Shown: in pieces, positions 1 to 17,575 of the stretch | How positions within the stretch are numbered: position 1 is the first letter of the stretch | How the letters are laid out: every line of letters starts with the position of its first letter | Origin: Macrostomum lignano | Taxonomy: Eukaryota | Direction of reading: 5' to 3' | NCBI GenBank assembly: GCA_002269645.1 | Contig: NIVC01003852.1 | Coordinates: 9,731 to 73,730, forward strand | Length of the DNA stretch: 64,000 bases | Position numbers and translations under genes: made by a program | The notes under the pieces: generated by a model | Database searches by the model: none | What the model was told of the DNA's origin: nothing | Seen by the model: the letters and a program-made list of their open reading frames with translations, nothing else

Positions 1-65
1 CAACAGAGTGGCGAATCTCCGGCGAGTTGAAAATTGAAATTTTGGCAAGCAGTTTTTGCCTGGAG

Positions 66-2190
66 CATCATTCCGAATCCTGTGTCAAATCATCATTCCG
101 AATCCTGTGTCAAATCATCATTCCGAATCCTGTGTCAAATCATCATTCCGAATCCTGTGTCAAATCATCATTCCGAATCCTGTGTCAAATCATCATTCCG
201 AATCCTGTGTCAAATCATCATTCCGAATCCTGTGTCAAATCATCATTCCGAATCCTGTGTCAAATCATCATTCCGAATCGTGTGTCAAATCATCATTCAG
301 AATCCTGTGTCAAATCATCATTCCGAATCGTGTGTCAAATCATCATTCCGAATCCTGTGTCAAATCATCATTCCGAATCCTGTGTCAAATCATCATTCCG
401 AATCGTGTGTCAAATCATCATTCCGAATCCTGTGTCAAATCATCATTCCGAATCCTGTGTCAAATCATCATTCCGAATCGTGTGTCAAATCATCATTCCG
501 AATCGTGTGTCAAATCATCATTCAGAATCCTGTGTCAAATCATCATTCCGAATCCTGTGTCAAATCATCATTCCGAATCCTGTGTCAAATCATCATTCCG
601 AATCCTGTGTCAAATCATCATTCAGAATCCTGTGTCAAATCATCATTCCGAATCCTGTGTCAAATCATCATTCCGAATCCTGTGTCAAATCATCATTCCG
701 AATCCTGTGTCAAATCATCATTCCGAATCGTGTGTCAAATCATCATTCCGAATCCTGTGTCAAATCATCATTCCGAATCGTGTGTCAAATCATCATTCCG
801 AATCCTGTGTCAAATCATCATTCCGAATCCTGTGTCAAATCATCATTCCGAATCCTGTGTCAAATCATCATTCCGAATCCTGTGTCAAATCATCATTCCG
901 AATCCTGTGTCAAATCATCATTCCGAATCCTGTGTCAAATCATCATTCCGAATCCTGTGTCAAATCATCATTCCGAATCGTGTGTCAAATCATCATTCCG
1001 AATCCTGTGTCAAATCATCATTCCGAATCGTGTGTCAAATCATCATTCAGAATCCTGTGTCAAATCATCATTCCGAATCCTGTGTCAAATCATCATTCCG
1101 AATCCTGTGTCAAATCATCATTCAGAATCGTGTGTCAAATCATCATTCCGAATCGTGTGTCAAATCATCATTCCGAATCCTGTGTCAAATCATCATTCCG
1201 AATCCTGTGTCAAATCATCATTCCGAATCGTGTGTCAAATCATCATTCCGAATCGTGTGTCAAATCATCATTCCGAATCCTGTTTCAAATCATCATTCCG
1301 AATCCTGTGTCAAATCATCATTCAGAATCCTGTGTCAAATCATCATTCCGAATCGTGTGTCAAATCATCATTCCGAATCGTGTGTCAAATCATCATTCCG
1401 AATCGTGTGTCAAATCATCATTCAGAATCCTGTATCAAATCATCATTCCGAATCGTGTGTCAAATCATCATTCAGAATCCTGTGTCAAATCATCATTCCG
1501 AATCGTGTGTCAAATCATCATTCCGAATCCTGTGTCAAATCATCATTCCGAATCGTGTGTCAAATCATCATTCCGAATCCTGTGTCAAATCATCATTCCG
1601 AATCCTGTGTCAAATCATCATTCCGAATCCTGTGTCAAATCATCATTCCGAATCCTGTGTCAAATCATCATTCCGAATCCTGTTTCAAATCATCATTCCG
1701 AATCCTGTGTCAAATCATCATTCCGAATCCTGTGTCAAATCATCATTCCGAATCCTGTGTCAAATCATCATTCCGAATCCTGTGTCAAATCATCATTCCG
1801 AATCCTGTGTCAAATCATCATTCCGAATCCTGTGTCAAATCATCATTCCGAATCCTGTGTCAAATCATCATTCCGAATCCTGTTTCAAATCATCATTCCG
1901 AATCCTGTGTCAAATCATCATTCAGAATCCTGTGTCAAATCATCATTCCGAATCCTGTGTCAAATCATCATTCCGAATCCTGTGTCAAATCATCATTCCG
2001 AATCCTGTGTCAAATCATCATTCCGAATCCTGTGTCAAATCATCATTCAGAATCCTGTGTCAAATCATCATTCCGAATCCTGTGTCAAATCATCATTCCG
2101 AATCCTGTGTCAAATCATCATTCCGAATCCTGTGTCAAATCATCATTCCGAATCCTGTGTCAAATCATCATTCCGAATCGTGTGTCAAAT
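66..2190. repeat. 25-bp tandem satellite, about 85 copies
   Basis: Unit CATCATTCCGAATCCTGTGTCAAAT, with only single-base variants (C/G, C/A). It explains the three 720-730 aa pseudo-ORFs. Confidence 0.97.
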
Positions 2191-2420
2191 GACCTCCCCA
2201 CTCCAAGGCCCCACTCTACCTGACCTCCCCACTCGAAAGCCTCCGTCCACCTGACCTCCCCACTCCAAAGCCCTCCCTCTACCTGACCTCTCCACTCCAA
2301 ATCCCTTCTGCCTGACCTCCCCACCCCAAATCTCATCTGCCTGACCCCCTCACTCCAAAGCCCCCTCTGCCTGACCCCCTCACTCCAAAGCCTCCCTCCA
2401 CCTGACCTCCCCACTCCACA
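2191..2420. repeat. Degenerate C-rich tandem repeat
   Basis: Recurrent CTGACCTCCCCACTCCAAAGCCC-like units directly abutting the 25-bp array. Confidence 0.75.
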
Positions 2421-2929
2421 GCCCTCCTCCCAGCTCAGCCCCGGGACCCCCCGAGCAGCCGGGCTGATCAGCTGCCCTGGGCCGAAGTTGCGGCCTCCAT
2501 AATGAAAGCATTGAGGCAGCTTTGGCGAGGCCGGGAAAATATTTAGCGGTCTTCCGCCCCAGTCCGAATCGAATTTGCTATTCGAGCTCGAGGCCCAGGC
2601 TCCTCTTGGACTCGCCTAGCATTTTTTACTGGATGATGATGAAGCGCTACGTGTTGGAAGCTGCGGCTGCCGCTGCCTGTCTCGCTTCTGGAAGCACTTT
2701 TGTCTGCTTGCCAATCCAGAAAAATACTGAAAAATGAAGAGCTGAGAGGCACTTCGAAGAAGTCTCTACTTGCTTCCCCAAGACTTTTTTTCGCGAAAAC
2801 TGGGGTCTGGGGATTTGGAGGTGGGGCGATGGGAAGGCAGAAATTCAAATCCCATCAAGAGAAAAGGTGTCAACTCTAATGAGGTGTAAAAAGTCCCGGA
2901 AATGTGCCAAAAAATTAGATATTAAATTT

Positions 2930-3675
2930 CCTAGAAATTAGAAACTCCAATTCCTAGAAAGTCCAATTCCTAGAAAGTCCAATTCCTAGAAAGTCCAATT
3001 CCTAGAAAGTCCAATTCCTACGAGTATAAAGTCCAATTCTTAGAAAGTCCAATTCCTAGAAATTCCAATTCCTAGAAAGTCAAATTCCTAGAAAGTATAA
3101 ACTCCAATTCTTAGAAAGTATAAACTACAATTCCTAGAAAAATAGATACTCCAATTCCTAGAAATTAGGTAGCTCCAATTCCTAGAAAGTCCAATTCCTA
3201 GAAAGTCCAACTCCTAGAAAGTCAAATTCTTAGAAAGTATAAACTCCAACTCGTAGAAAGTATAAACTATAATACAATTCCTAGAAAAAAAAGATACTCC
3301 AATTTGTAGAAAGTAGAAACTCCAATTCCTAGAAAGTATAAACTCCAATTCGTAGAAAGTATAAACTACAATTCCTAGAAAAATAGATACTCCAATTCGT
3401 AGAAAGTAGAAACTCCAATTCGAAGAAAGTAGAAACTCCAATTCCTAGAAAGTATAAACTCCAATTCTTAGAAAGTATAAACTCAAATTCGTAGAAAGTA
3501 TAAACTCCAATTCGTAGAAAGTATAAACTCCAATTCGTAGAAAGTATAAACTACAATTCGTAGAAAGTATAAACTACAATTCCTAGAAAAATAGATACTC
3601 CAATTCTTAGAAAGTAGAAACTCCAATTCGTAGAAAGTAGAAACTCCAATTCGTAGAAAGTAGAAACTCCAATTT
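2930..3675. repeat. Degenerate 15-22-bp minisatellite
   Basis: Recurrent AAACTCCAATTCCTAGAAAGTA / GTCCAATTCCTAGAAA units. Confidence 0.9.
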
Positions 3676-4082
3676 CCTGAATTCCCATGGCTCCGAGTTC
3701 CCATGGCTCCCCAGCAGATCTCGGGGATCCACCTGAGACAGAGGATGCGTTTCCTTAAATCTTTATTTTCGGTTTTAAAGCCCACTTGAGCACGGCTTTG
3801 AGTCTGTTGGAAAGAAGACACTGGCAGACTGACAGAAGCACGAGCAGCCACTCCAGTTTGAATTTGAATCGTTTGGCATTCGGCTCGCTGCACCCTGTCA
3901 CAAAATGGGACGGGTTGGACCGGTTGTCGCTGGCAGCTGGCGGGCTTTCGTCCCGTAGAGGCGGCCTCATCCGGATGCTCCATCGAGTTGAACTGACAGA
4001 GCGATTGAAATTCGTGAAAATTGAAATCTTTTTTTGCCCGACACTGAAAAAAGTTGATTGACAAATCCCTAATCCCACCCAG

Positions 4083-9032
<4,950 letters not shown>

Positions 9033-9044
9033 CCGGCGGCCATG

Positions 9045-9808
9045 GTTCAAGGACAGATAGGAGTTCCTGCAGGAACAGCTAAGAATTCCAAGGACAGCTA
9101 GGAGTTCCAAGGACAGCTAATAGTTCCAAGCACAGCTAGGAGTTCCAAGCACAGCTAGGAGTTCCAAGCACAGCTAGGAGTTCCAAGCACAGATAGGAGT
9201 TCCAAGCACAGCTAGGAGTTCCAAGCACAGCTAGGAGTTCCAAGCACAGCTAGGAGTTCCAAGCACAGATAGGAGTTCCAAGCACAGATAGGAGTTCCAA
9301 GCACAGCTAGGAGTTCCAAGCACAGATAGGAGTTCCAAGCACAGCTAATAGTTCCAAGCACAGCTAGGAGTTCCAAGGACAGCTAATAGTTCCAAGCACA
9401 GCTAATAGTTCCAAGCACAGCTAGGAGTTCCAAGCACAGATAGGAGTTCCAAGGACAGCTAATAGTTCCAAGCACAGCTAGGAGTTCCAAGCACAGATAG
9501 GAGTTCCAAGGACAGCTAATAGTTCCAAGCACAGCTAATAGTTCCAAGGACAGCTAGGAGTTCCAAGCACAGCTAGGAGTTCCAAGCACAGCTAATAGTT
9601 CCAAGGACAGCTAATAGTTCCAAGCACAGCTAATAGTTCCAAGGACAGCTAATAGTTCCAAACACAGCTAAGAGTTCCAAGGACAGATAGGAGTTCCAAG
9701 GACAGATAGGAGTTCCAAGGACAGCTAAGAATTCCAAGGACAGCTAGGAGTTCCAAGGACAGCTAGGAGTTCCAAGGACAGCTAGGAGTTCCAAAGAAAG
9801 CTAGGAGC
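9045..9808. repeat. 19-bp minisatellite just downstream of the nAChR stop
   Basis: Unit GTTCCAAGCACAGCTAGGA. Confidence 0.95.
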
Positions 9809-10184
9809 CATAAAAAACAGATATTTGACATTTATGATGCAAATTGCGGAAAATTGCGCAAACAGAAATCCAAAAAAATTACGCTTTTATGTTGTCTCTG
9901 ATCACCTGTAGCGGTGTACTGCTTTGTATCTTCCTGCGCGATTTGTTCAGCGTGATTACCAATTTATTCTATTCAAATCAAGTTGAACGAATTGTACTCG
10001 GAAATATAACTTGAAACCATTGCAATATTGCAATAAAAACATTGAAATTTTAATCAGCCTATAACTTTCGTGCTGAAGACACACTAGCTTGTACTAACCA
10101 AATCGGCATAAGTAGTGCTGTAAGCAAACTTTTCCCAATGGGGTCCCCATTAATTATTGCAAGATTTTGAGATGTACAAGCTTT

Positions 10185-11213
10185 GAGATTGGAGCTTGTG
10201 ATGTGTGTGATCAGAGCTTGTGGTTTGTGATCGGAGCTTGTGAATTGTGATCGCCGATTGTGGTTTGTGATCAGAGATTGTGGTTTGTGATCAGAGATTG
10301 TGGCTTGTGATCAGAGATTGTGGCTTGTGATCAGAGATTGTGGTTTGTGATCAGAGATTGTGGCTTGTGATCAGAGATTGTGGTTTGTGATCAGAGATTG
10401 TGGTTTGTGATCAGAGATTGTGGTTTGTGATCAGAGATTGTGGTTTGTGATCAGAGATTGTGGTTTGTGATCAGAGATTGTGGTTTGTGATCAGAGATTG
10501 TGGTTTGTGATAAGAGATTGTGGTTTGTGATCAGAGATTGTGGTTTGTGATCAGAGATTGTGGTTTGTGATCAGAGATTGTGGTTTGTGATCAGAGATTG
10601 TGGTTTGTGATCAGAGATTGTGGTTTGTGATCAGAGATTGTGGCTTGTGATCGGAGCTTGTGGTTTGTGATCGAAGCTTGTGGTTTGTGATCAGAGATTG
10701 TGGTTTGTGATCGGAGCTTGTGGCTTGTGATCGGAGCTTGTGGTTTGTGATCGAAGCTTGTGGTTTGTGATCAGAGATTGTGGTTTGTGATCAGAGATTG
10801 TGGTTTGTGATCAGAGATTGTGGCTTCTGATCAGAGATTGTGGTTTGTGATCAGAGATTGTGGTTTGTGATAAGAGATTGTGGTTTGTGATCAGAGATTG
10901 TGGTTTGTGATCAGAGATTGTGGTTTGTGATCAGAGATTGTGGTTTGTGATCAGAGATTGTGGTTTGTGATCAGAGATTGTGGTTTGTGATCAGAGATTG
11001 TGGTTTGTGATCAGAGATTGTGGCTTGTGATCAGAGATTGTGGTTTGTGATCAGAGATTGTGGTTTGTGATCAGAGATTGTGGTTTGTGATCAGAGATTG
11101 TGGTTTGTGATCAGAGATTGTGGCTTGTGATCAGAGATTGTGGTTTGTGATCAGAGATTGTGGTTTGTGATCAGAGATTGTGGTTTGTGATCAGAGATTG
11201 TGGTTTATGATCA
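10185..11213. repeat. 20-bp intergenic minisatellite
   Basis: Unit TTTGTGATCAGAGATTGTGG. Confidence 0.96.
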
Positions 11214-12072
11214 ATCATGCAGATACTCGTATGCTAAGTACATCTGTCCTGGCGTCTACAGTAACATGCACCTGCGGTTTGCTCTCATTTAGCGTAATTT
11301 AGTCGAAACTGCTCAGCCAGATGATGTAGGCAACCCGCCATTTTATGGCCATAATCAGAGTCACGTGATCCGGGATCCGTCAGGTCACGTGACTGTGTCT
11401 CAGCGCAGCGCAATTGAACTACACGAAGGCTTATCCGATGCCAAAGTGTTTGATGACAAAGGCGAACTCAAGGAAATAACATTATGATTGATACGATTAT
11501 ATTTTTAATCAAGCAAAATTGACCCAAAGTACAGTAAAAAAGTGCGCGCGCAGATCAGAGAAAGTGAGCGAGAACGCCTTGGCGCAATACTTACTGTAGG
11601 TGAGTAATAAGTTAATTAATTAGTTTAACTTAGCAAAGCTTACCGAGCCAAGCGAACATTGATTACGGGCAAGTACAGAGTAGAAATGGCTAACAAAGGG
11701 GTTATAATGAAGCAGAGAAACATCAGAAAAGCTGCTTGTGTTGCCAGGCGATCAGAAATTCATCAAGGTCGGCTTTGGAAAAAAATTTGCGCGTTTTACG
11801 CTACTATGAGTAGGCGAGTTCAAACAGTTTTATTTAACACAAGGGCCACTCCGCAATCAAGCTACTGACATTGAAACTTTTCAGTAGTTTTTGAGGACAT
11901 TAACACTATATTTCTTAGAGCGCAGCAACTAACTACAAAGAACCCAACCTCCAATTTTCTCATTTCTCAATTGGCAACGATGTGCATGTTATACTACTGA
12001 AAAGCTACTGACCTCTCTTCCACAAGTCTCAAATTTTGTCCTAAATTTTCGGCATTACAAGAAACCCGCAGG

Positions 12073-12582
12073 CTACTCAGTGGCCTCCCGCTTGGACGGC
12101 GGGCAGATGAGCACCGGCCTGTAGGCGTGGTGCAGCACGTAGTCGCTCACGGAGCCCAGGAAGGTGCGCCGCAGGGTGCCGAGGCCGCGGCTGCCCATCA
12201 CCACCAGGTCCGCCTCGTGCTCCTCGGCCGCTTGCACGATGGCCTCGCCAGGCTCGCCGGACACATTCACGAAGGAGAACTTCTTGATGCCCAGCTGGTG
12301 GCAGGCGTCCTTCCAGCGCTGCTTGAGCCGCTCAGCCTCCGCCAGCTGCTCCTCCATCAGCTCCGTGTGCCGCTTCAAGAAGTTGTCGCTGACGCTCAGC
12401 GCCACCGGCTGGCTTGGCGGCTCCACGGCGTGGACAAGCAGCAGGACGTCCGTGGGCTGGCGCACCTGCTTCAGGTACATGTCGAATGCGCGCTTGCAGT
12501 GCGGCGAGCTGTCCACCGCCAGCAGCACCACCTTCATGGACTTCTCCGCTGCGCCAGCGGTCTCGGCTGCAGGGCTGGACAT
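12073..12582 (-). CDS. Universal stress protein (UspA family), 169 aa, single coding exon
   Basis: ATG at 12582 in GCCGCCATG context. N-terminal VLLAVDSS and C-terminal DLVVMGSRGLGTLRRTFLGSVSDYVLHHA (ATP-binding G-x2-G-x9-GS motif). Confidence 0.93.
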   Translation of the reverse strand: MSSPAAETAGAAEKSMKVVLLAVDSSPHCKRAFDMYLKQVRQPTDVLLLVHAVEPPSQPVALSVSDNFLKRHTELMEEQLAEAERLKQRWKDACHQLGIKKFSFVNVSGEPGEAIVQAAEEHEADLVVMGSRGLGTLRRTFLGSVSDYVLHHAYRPVLICPPSKREATE

Positions 12583-12596
12583 GGCGGCGCGCTGTG

Positions 12597-13086
12597 GCAT
12601 GAATGGCAGGATGGCAAATGGAATAGGAGGATGGGAAATGAATGGCAGGATGGCAAATGGAATGGCAGGATGGCAAATGGAATGGCAGGATGGCAAATGG
12701 AATGACAGGATGGGAAATGGAATGACAGGATGGGAAATGGAATGACAGGATGGGAAATGGAATGACAGGATGGGAAATGGAACGGCAGGATGGCAAATGG
12801 AATGACAGGATGGGAAATAAAATGGCAGGATAGGAAATGGAATTACAGGATGGGAAATGGAATTACAGGATGGGAAATGGAATTACAGGATGGGAAATGG
12901 AATGGCAGGATGGGAAATGGAATTACAGGATGGGAAATGGAATGACAGGATGGGAAATGGAATGGCAGGATGGGAAATGGAATGGCAGGATGGGAAATGG
13001 AATGGCAGGATGGGAAATGGAATGACAGGATGGGAAATGGAATGGCAGGATGGGAAATGGAATGACAGGGTGGGAAATGGAATGGC
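12597..13086. repeat. 20-bp minisatellite immediately 5' of the USP gene
   Basis: Unit GGCAGGATGGGAAATGGAAT; ends just before a CCACAG acceptor-like site 9 nt upstream of the ATG on the minus strand. Confidence 0.94.
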
Positions 13087-13769
13087 CAGTTGAAAAATGA
13101 ACTGAGAGCAATCAGCACAGATAAGACACGCTAGGCTGTGCAGCGGTAGGGTTAAAGCCAGATAAGAGAATTCGTATCTTAAAATTCGCCAAGATAACAG
13201 ACGGCCCCTCCAAGCTGAGCAGCTCAGCTAATCATTGGGACTCTTATCTAGAAAACAGCTTAGCGAAAGCAGTTCAGCTGCATGAGAAAGAATTTCACCA
13301 AGGCCGACCCGAAAGTTCAAAGAAAACTTTGCAACCTTTCAAGTTCTCACAAATAGCAATAAAACCACAAGCAATTCTTTGTACTTTTGCTAATTGATTA
13401 TTGATTTTAAAAATTGAAATTCCGGCTACAAAGCTTGAAAATGATAGACACAGAAAGTCAGTTGCGTTAAGCGTGGCATGACTCTGCCGCACCATGGGCA
13501 GGTAAGGTAGGCATTGAGTAGCAGGGTGCGCCGACAGGCACCCAGGAAGCACATGCGGTGTAAACAATGGGATAAAAAAGTGCAAAACAGGCATGCGGCC
13601 GAGTAGAGTTCGAGTGTACGAACAGTGTTGCCACTGATAAAACATCTGCAGTACAAACGCCTGATAGTGTCTGTAAAAAGCTAATTAACAGAGCAAATAA
13701 AATACTTATTGACAGTATTGAAGATAGAAATGAGCGAGCAGTGGTTGCGCCAGTACAGGCTTGGTTTGG

Positions 13770-14233
13770 GATTCGAGCTCATCTAACCGAGGATTCGAGC
13801 TTAGCTAACTTGGGGATTCGAGCTCAGATAACTTGGGGATTCGAGCTCAGATAACTTGGGGATTCGAGCTCAGATAACTTGGGGATTCGAGCTCAGCTAA
13901 CATGGAGATTCGAGCTCAGCTAACATGGGGATTCGAGCTCAGCTAACATGGGGATTCGAGCTCAGCTAACATGGGGATTCGAGCTCAGCTAACATGGGGA
14001 TTCGAGCTCAGCTAACATGGGGATTCGAGCTCAGCTAACATGGAGATTCGAGCTCAGCTAACATGGGGATTCGAGCTCAGCTAACTTGGGGATTCGAGCT
14101 CAGATAACTTGGAGATTCGAGCTCAGATAACTTGGGGATTCGAGCTCAGCTAACTTGGGGATTCGAGCTCAGATAACTTGGAGATTCGAGCTCAGATAAC
14201 ATGGGGATTCGAGTTTTAACATGGGGATTCGAG
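13770..14233. repeat. 23-bp minisatellite starting at the SUFU stop codon
   Basis: Unit TAACATGGGGATTCGAGCTCAGC. Confidence 0.94.
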
Positions 14234-14235
14234 TC

Positions 14236-16015
14236 TCAAATCGGAGAGTCGGGCGGCGGGTCGGGCAGAGTGGCGCCGGGCCCATGGACGGTGATGGCGA
14301 GGCCCTTGGACTCCCAGCGGAAGCAGCGCGGCCACTCCTGCCGGTCTGGCGGCAGCCGCAGGCAGTGCATTTCGTAGTCCATCTGCTCCAGCAGCTCGTC
14401 CGAGATCAGCGCGTGCAGCCACAGGCCTCTGGCCGCGTACGGAAGCTCCTCCGTCACCACGACGCCGCGGACGGCGCTGGGCACCAGGGAAACGGCGTGG
14501 CCGCCGCCGCCGGCCGACACGAGGGTGAAATGGCGGCCTTTGCGGAGCCGCGACTCCAGCGCGTCAGGCAGCGCCAGGCCGGCCTCGTGCGACACGTGGA
14601 TGTGCGGCCGGGACACCGTGGTCACCTCGGCGGCGCCACCGGATGGCCCGTCCTCGTCCAGCCACATCAGGCGGCACGTGACCGCCGCCAGGCCGCTGCC
14701 GTGCTGCTCCTGGGAGAAGAAAACCGGGATGGCTGGCTTTGAGATCTGGGACGCGGGATTTGGCACGTTGTGTTTGGCATCTGAGACATGGGATGCTGGC
14801 TTTGGGATCTGGGATGCTGGCTTTGGGATCTGGGATGCTGGCTTTGGGATCTGGGATGCTGGCTTTGGGATCTGGGATGCTGGCTTTTGGATCTGGGATG
14901 CTGGCTTTCGGATCCGGGGTCCGGATTCTTAGGCATCTGGAATGCTGGCTTTGGGATCCGGGTTGCTATCTTAGGCATCTGGAATGCTGACTTTGGGATC
15001 CGGGTTGCTATCTTAGGGATCTGGTATGCTGGCTTTGGGATCCGGGTTGCTATCTTAGGGATCTGGGATGCTGACTTTGGGATCTGGGATGCTGACTTTG
15101 GGATCTGGGATGCTGGCGTTGGGATCCGGATTGCTATTTTAGGGATCTGGGACTGGGATGCTGACTTTGGGATCTGGGAGGCTGACTTTGGGATCCGGAT
15201 TGCTATCTTAGGGATCTCGGATCTACAGCAGAGACATTGTCAATGATGATAGAAATAAGACAAGCAGGAAGTCAGTCGCCACAGACCTGCTGATCGCGCA
15301 CCATCTCGCGCAGCTCGGGGTGCAGGTCGAACAGGGACTCGCCCCGGCGCATGTCAGTGACGATGGGCAGCATGCTGGCGATGGCCGGCACAGACCAGGC
15401 CTGGGCGGCCGCCAGCTCGTCCGCAGTTGCTCCGAGCAGCAGGGGGAAGCGGACGCTGCCCAGCGGGCCCTGGGCGCAGGGCGGCAGGCGCGGGTCGGAG
15501 GCCAGCAGCAGGTGCTGCAGCCGGGAATCGCGGCTGCCGTCAAGCGGGCCGGGCCAGGGCACGAAGTCGCCGGCGCTGATGAGGCAGCCGGTGGCGAACA
15601 CGTAGCGGGCCAGCGACTGCAGCAGGCGGGCCGCCCACTGCGGCGGCGGCGAGATCGGGTCCTCGCGGCGCACCCGGAACGACAGCTCGAAGCCGAAGCC
15701 GGAGGCGTCGCCGGGCCCGGCTGCCCGCTCGTGGACGCGGCCGTCGCCATGGAGGTCGGAGAGGCCGGCGGTGACGAAGTGCCAGTGCGGTGACACCTCG
15801 GAATCGCCCGGGTGGGCGAAGGCGAGCACGCAGTCCAGCGGGTCGGGGCCGCCCTGCCAGTACTTGAGCACAGAGTAAAAGTGCAGCGGGCAGGTCTGGC
15901 TGGGGTAGAGCGCCAGGCAGGTTGTGCGCAGCAGCTCAAGGCCGGGCGGAACGGCCTCGTCTGGCGCCGCGACTGGCGCCGCGACTGGCGCTGCGACTGG
16001 GGCTGCGGCCGACTG
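14236..16015 (-). CDS. SUFU: Suppressor of fused homolog (Hedgehog pathway); start exon not located
   Basis: Exons 16015-15287 and 14709-14236 (phase 0). Motifs KYWQGGPDPLD, HWHFVTAGLSDLHGDGRVHE, SGFGFELSFR, LARYVF, TDMRRGE, GRHFT and PYAARGLWL match SUFU N- and C-domains. Confidence 0.93.
14785..15220. repeat. 21-bp minisatellite (with longer variants) in SUFU intron
   Basis: Unit GGGATCTGGGATGCTGGCTTT. Confidence 0.92.
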
Positions 16016-16032
16016 CTGCGGGAGCGAGAGTC

Positions 16033-16996
16033 GGGAGCTGAATCTCAGGTGCCAGTTGCTGGGGGATCTGGGAGCTCAATCTCAGGTGCCAGTTGCTGGG
16101 GGATCTGGGAGCTCAATCTCAGGTGCCAGTTGCTGGGGGATCTGGGAGCTGCATCTCAGGTGCCAGTTGCTGGGGGATCTGGGAGCTGCATCTCAGGTGC
16201 CAGTTGCTGGGGGATCTGGGAGCTGCATCTCAGGTGCCAGTTGCTGGGGGATCTGGGAGCTCAATCTCAGGTGCCAGTTGCTGGGGGATCTGGGAGCTCA
16301 ATCTCAGGTGCCAGTTGCTGGGGGATCTGGGAGCTCAATCTCAGGTGCCAGTTGCTGGGGGATCTGGGAGCTCAATCTCAGGTGCCAGTTGCTGGGGGAT
16401 CTGGGAGCTCAATCTCAGGTGCCAGTTGCTGGGGGATCTGGGAGCTCAATCTCAGGTGCCAGTTGCTGGGGGATCTGGGAGCTCAATCTCAGGTGCCAGT
16501 TGCTGGGGGATCTGGGAGCTCAATCTCAGGTGCCAGTTGCTGGGGGATCTGGGAGCTCAATCTCAGGTGCCAGTTGCTGGGGGATCTGGGAGCTCAATCT
16601 CAGGTGCCAGTTGCTGGGGGATCTGGGAGCTCAATCTCAGGTGCCAGTTGCTGGGGGATCTGGGAGCTCAATCTCAGGTGCCAGTTGCTGGGGGATCTGG
16701 GAGCTCAATCTCAGGTGCCAGTTGCTGGGGGATCTGGGAGCTCAATCTCAGGTGCCAGTTGCTGGGGGATCTGGGAGCTCAATCTCAGGTGCCAGTTGCT
16801 GGGGGATCTGGGAGCTCAATCTCAGGTGCCAGTTGCTGGGGGATCTGGGAGCTCAATCTCAGGTGCCAGTTGCTGGGGGATCTGGGAGCTCAATCTCAGG
16901 TGCCAGTTGCTGGGGGATCTGGGAGCTCAATCTCAGGTGCCAGTTGCTGGGGGATCTGGGAGCTCAATCTCAGGTGCCAGTTGCTGGGGGATCTGG
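16033..16996. repeat. 37-bp minisatellite, about 26 near-identical copies, 5' of the SUFU coding exon
   Basis: Unit GGGAGCTCAATCTCAGGTGCCAGTTGCTGGGGGATCT. Confidence 0.96.
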
Positions 16997-17575
16997 AAAC
17001 CAGACATCTAGCGTCTCCAAAGAAACACACAAAATGAAAGAGCCAAATAATGCTGAAATGAAGAACAACAAAGAAAACAGGTATCCCAAAAGTTGTTAAG
17101 TTGTTGGATTTTATCCCGCTGGGTTGATTCGCAATGAAATTAAAAAATCGCATTAAGAATTGAAAGTGCCAGTCGATAGCAGGGAGCGGAATAATCTAAT
17201 AATCAATATGCTGTGAAAATAATAAAGCTGCAAAAATACGTGCAATTTAACAATCAGCGCAATCCATACTTATAATGTCTACACTAGCTGGAATAAAAAC
17301 TGCGGCGAGTCACAAATTGGTTCGAATACTCGGAGCTTGAGTCCAATCAGCCCCGGAGCTCTGAGTCTGAGAGCGCGTATGAAAGAAATGACAAATTCTA
17401 TGAATATGAAGCCCAGGAGTGTCAATTAGAAGCACAGTGCAGGCATGCTAAAACAGAAAAATTACACAGGTAAACTGAATCCCAGCCTACAGTTACCGAA
17501 TCCTCCGCATCCCAGCCCCATAGCAACCAGTACCCAGTATTGCGATTATTGTAATGCTCAAAGCGCCGAGCACTT

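Noticed and set aside
27-2254. Three 720-730 aa ORFs
   Set aside because: Open in all three + frames because the 25-bp unit has no stop on that strand; this is satellite DNA, not protein.
12073-12582. USP gene as bacterial contamination or recent horizontal transfer
   Set aside because: USP genes are established in flatworms and other invertebrates; codon usage, Kozak-like context and flanking repeats match the host.
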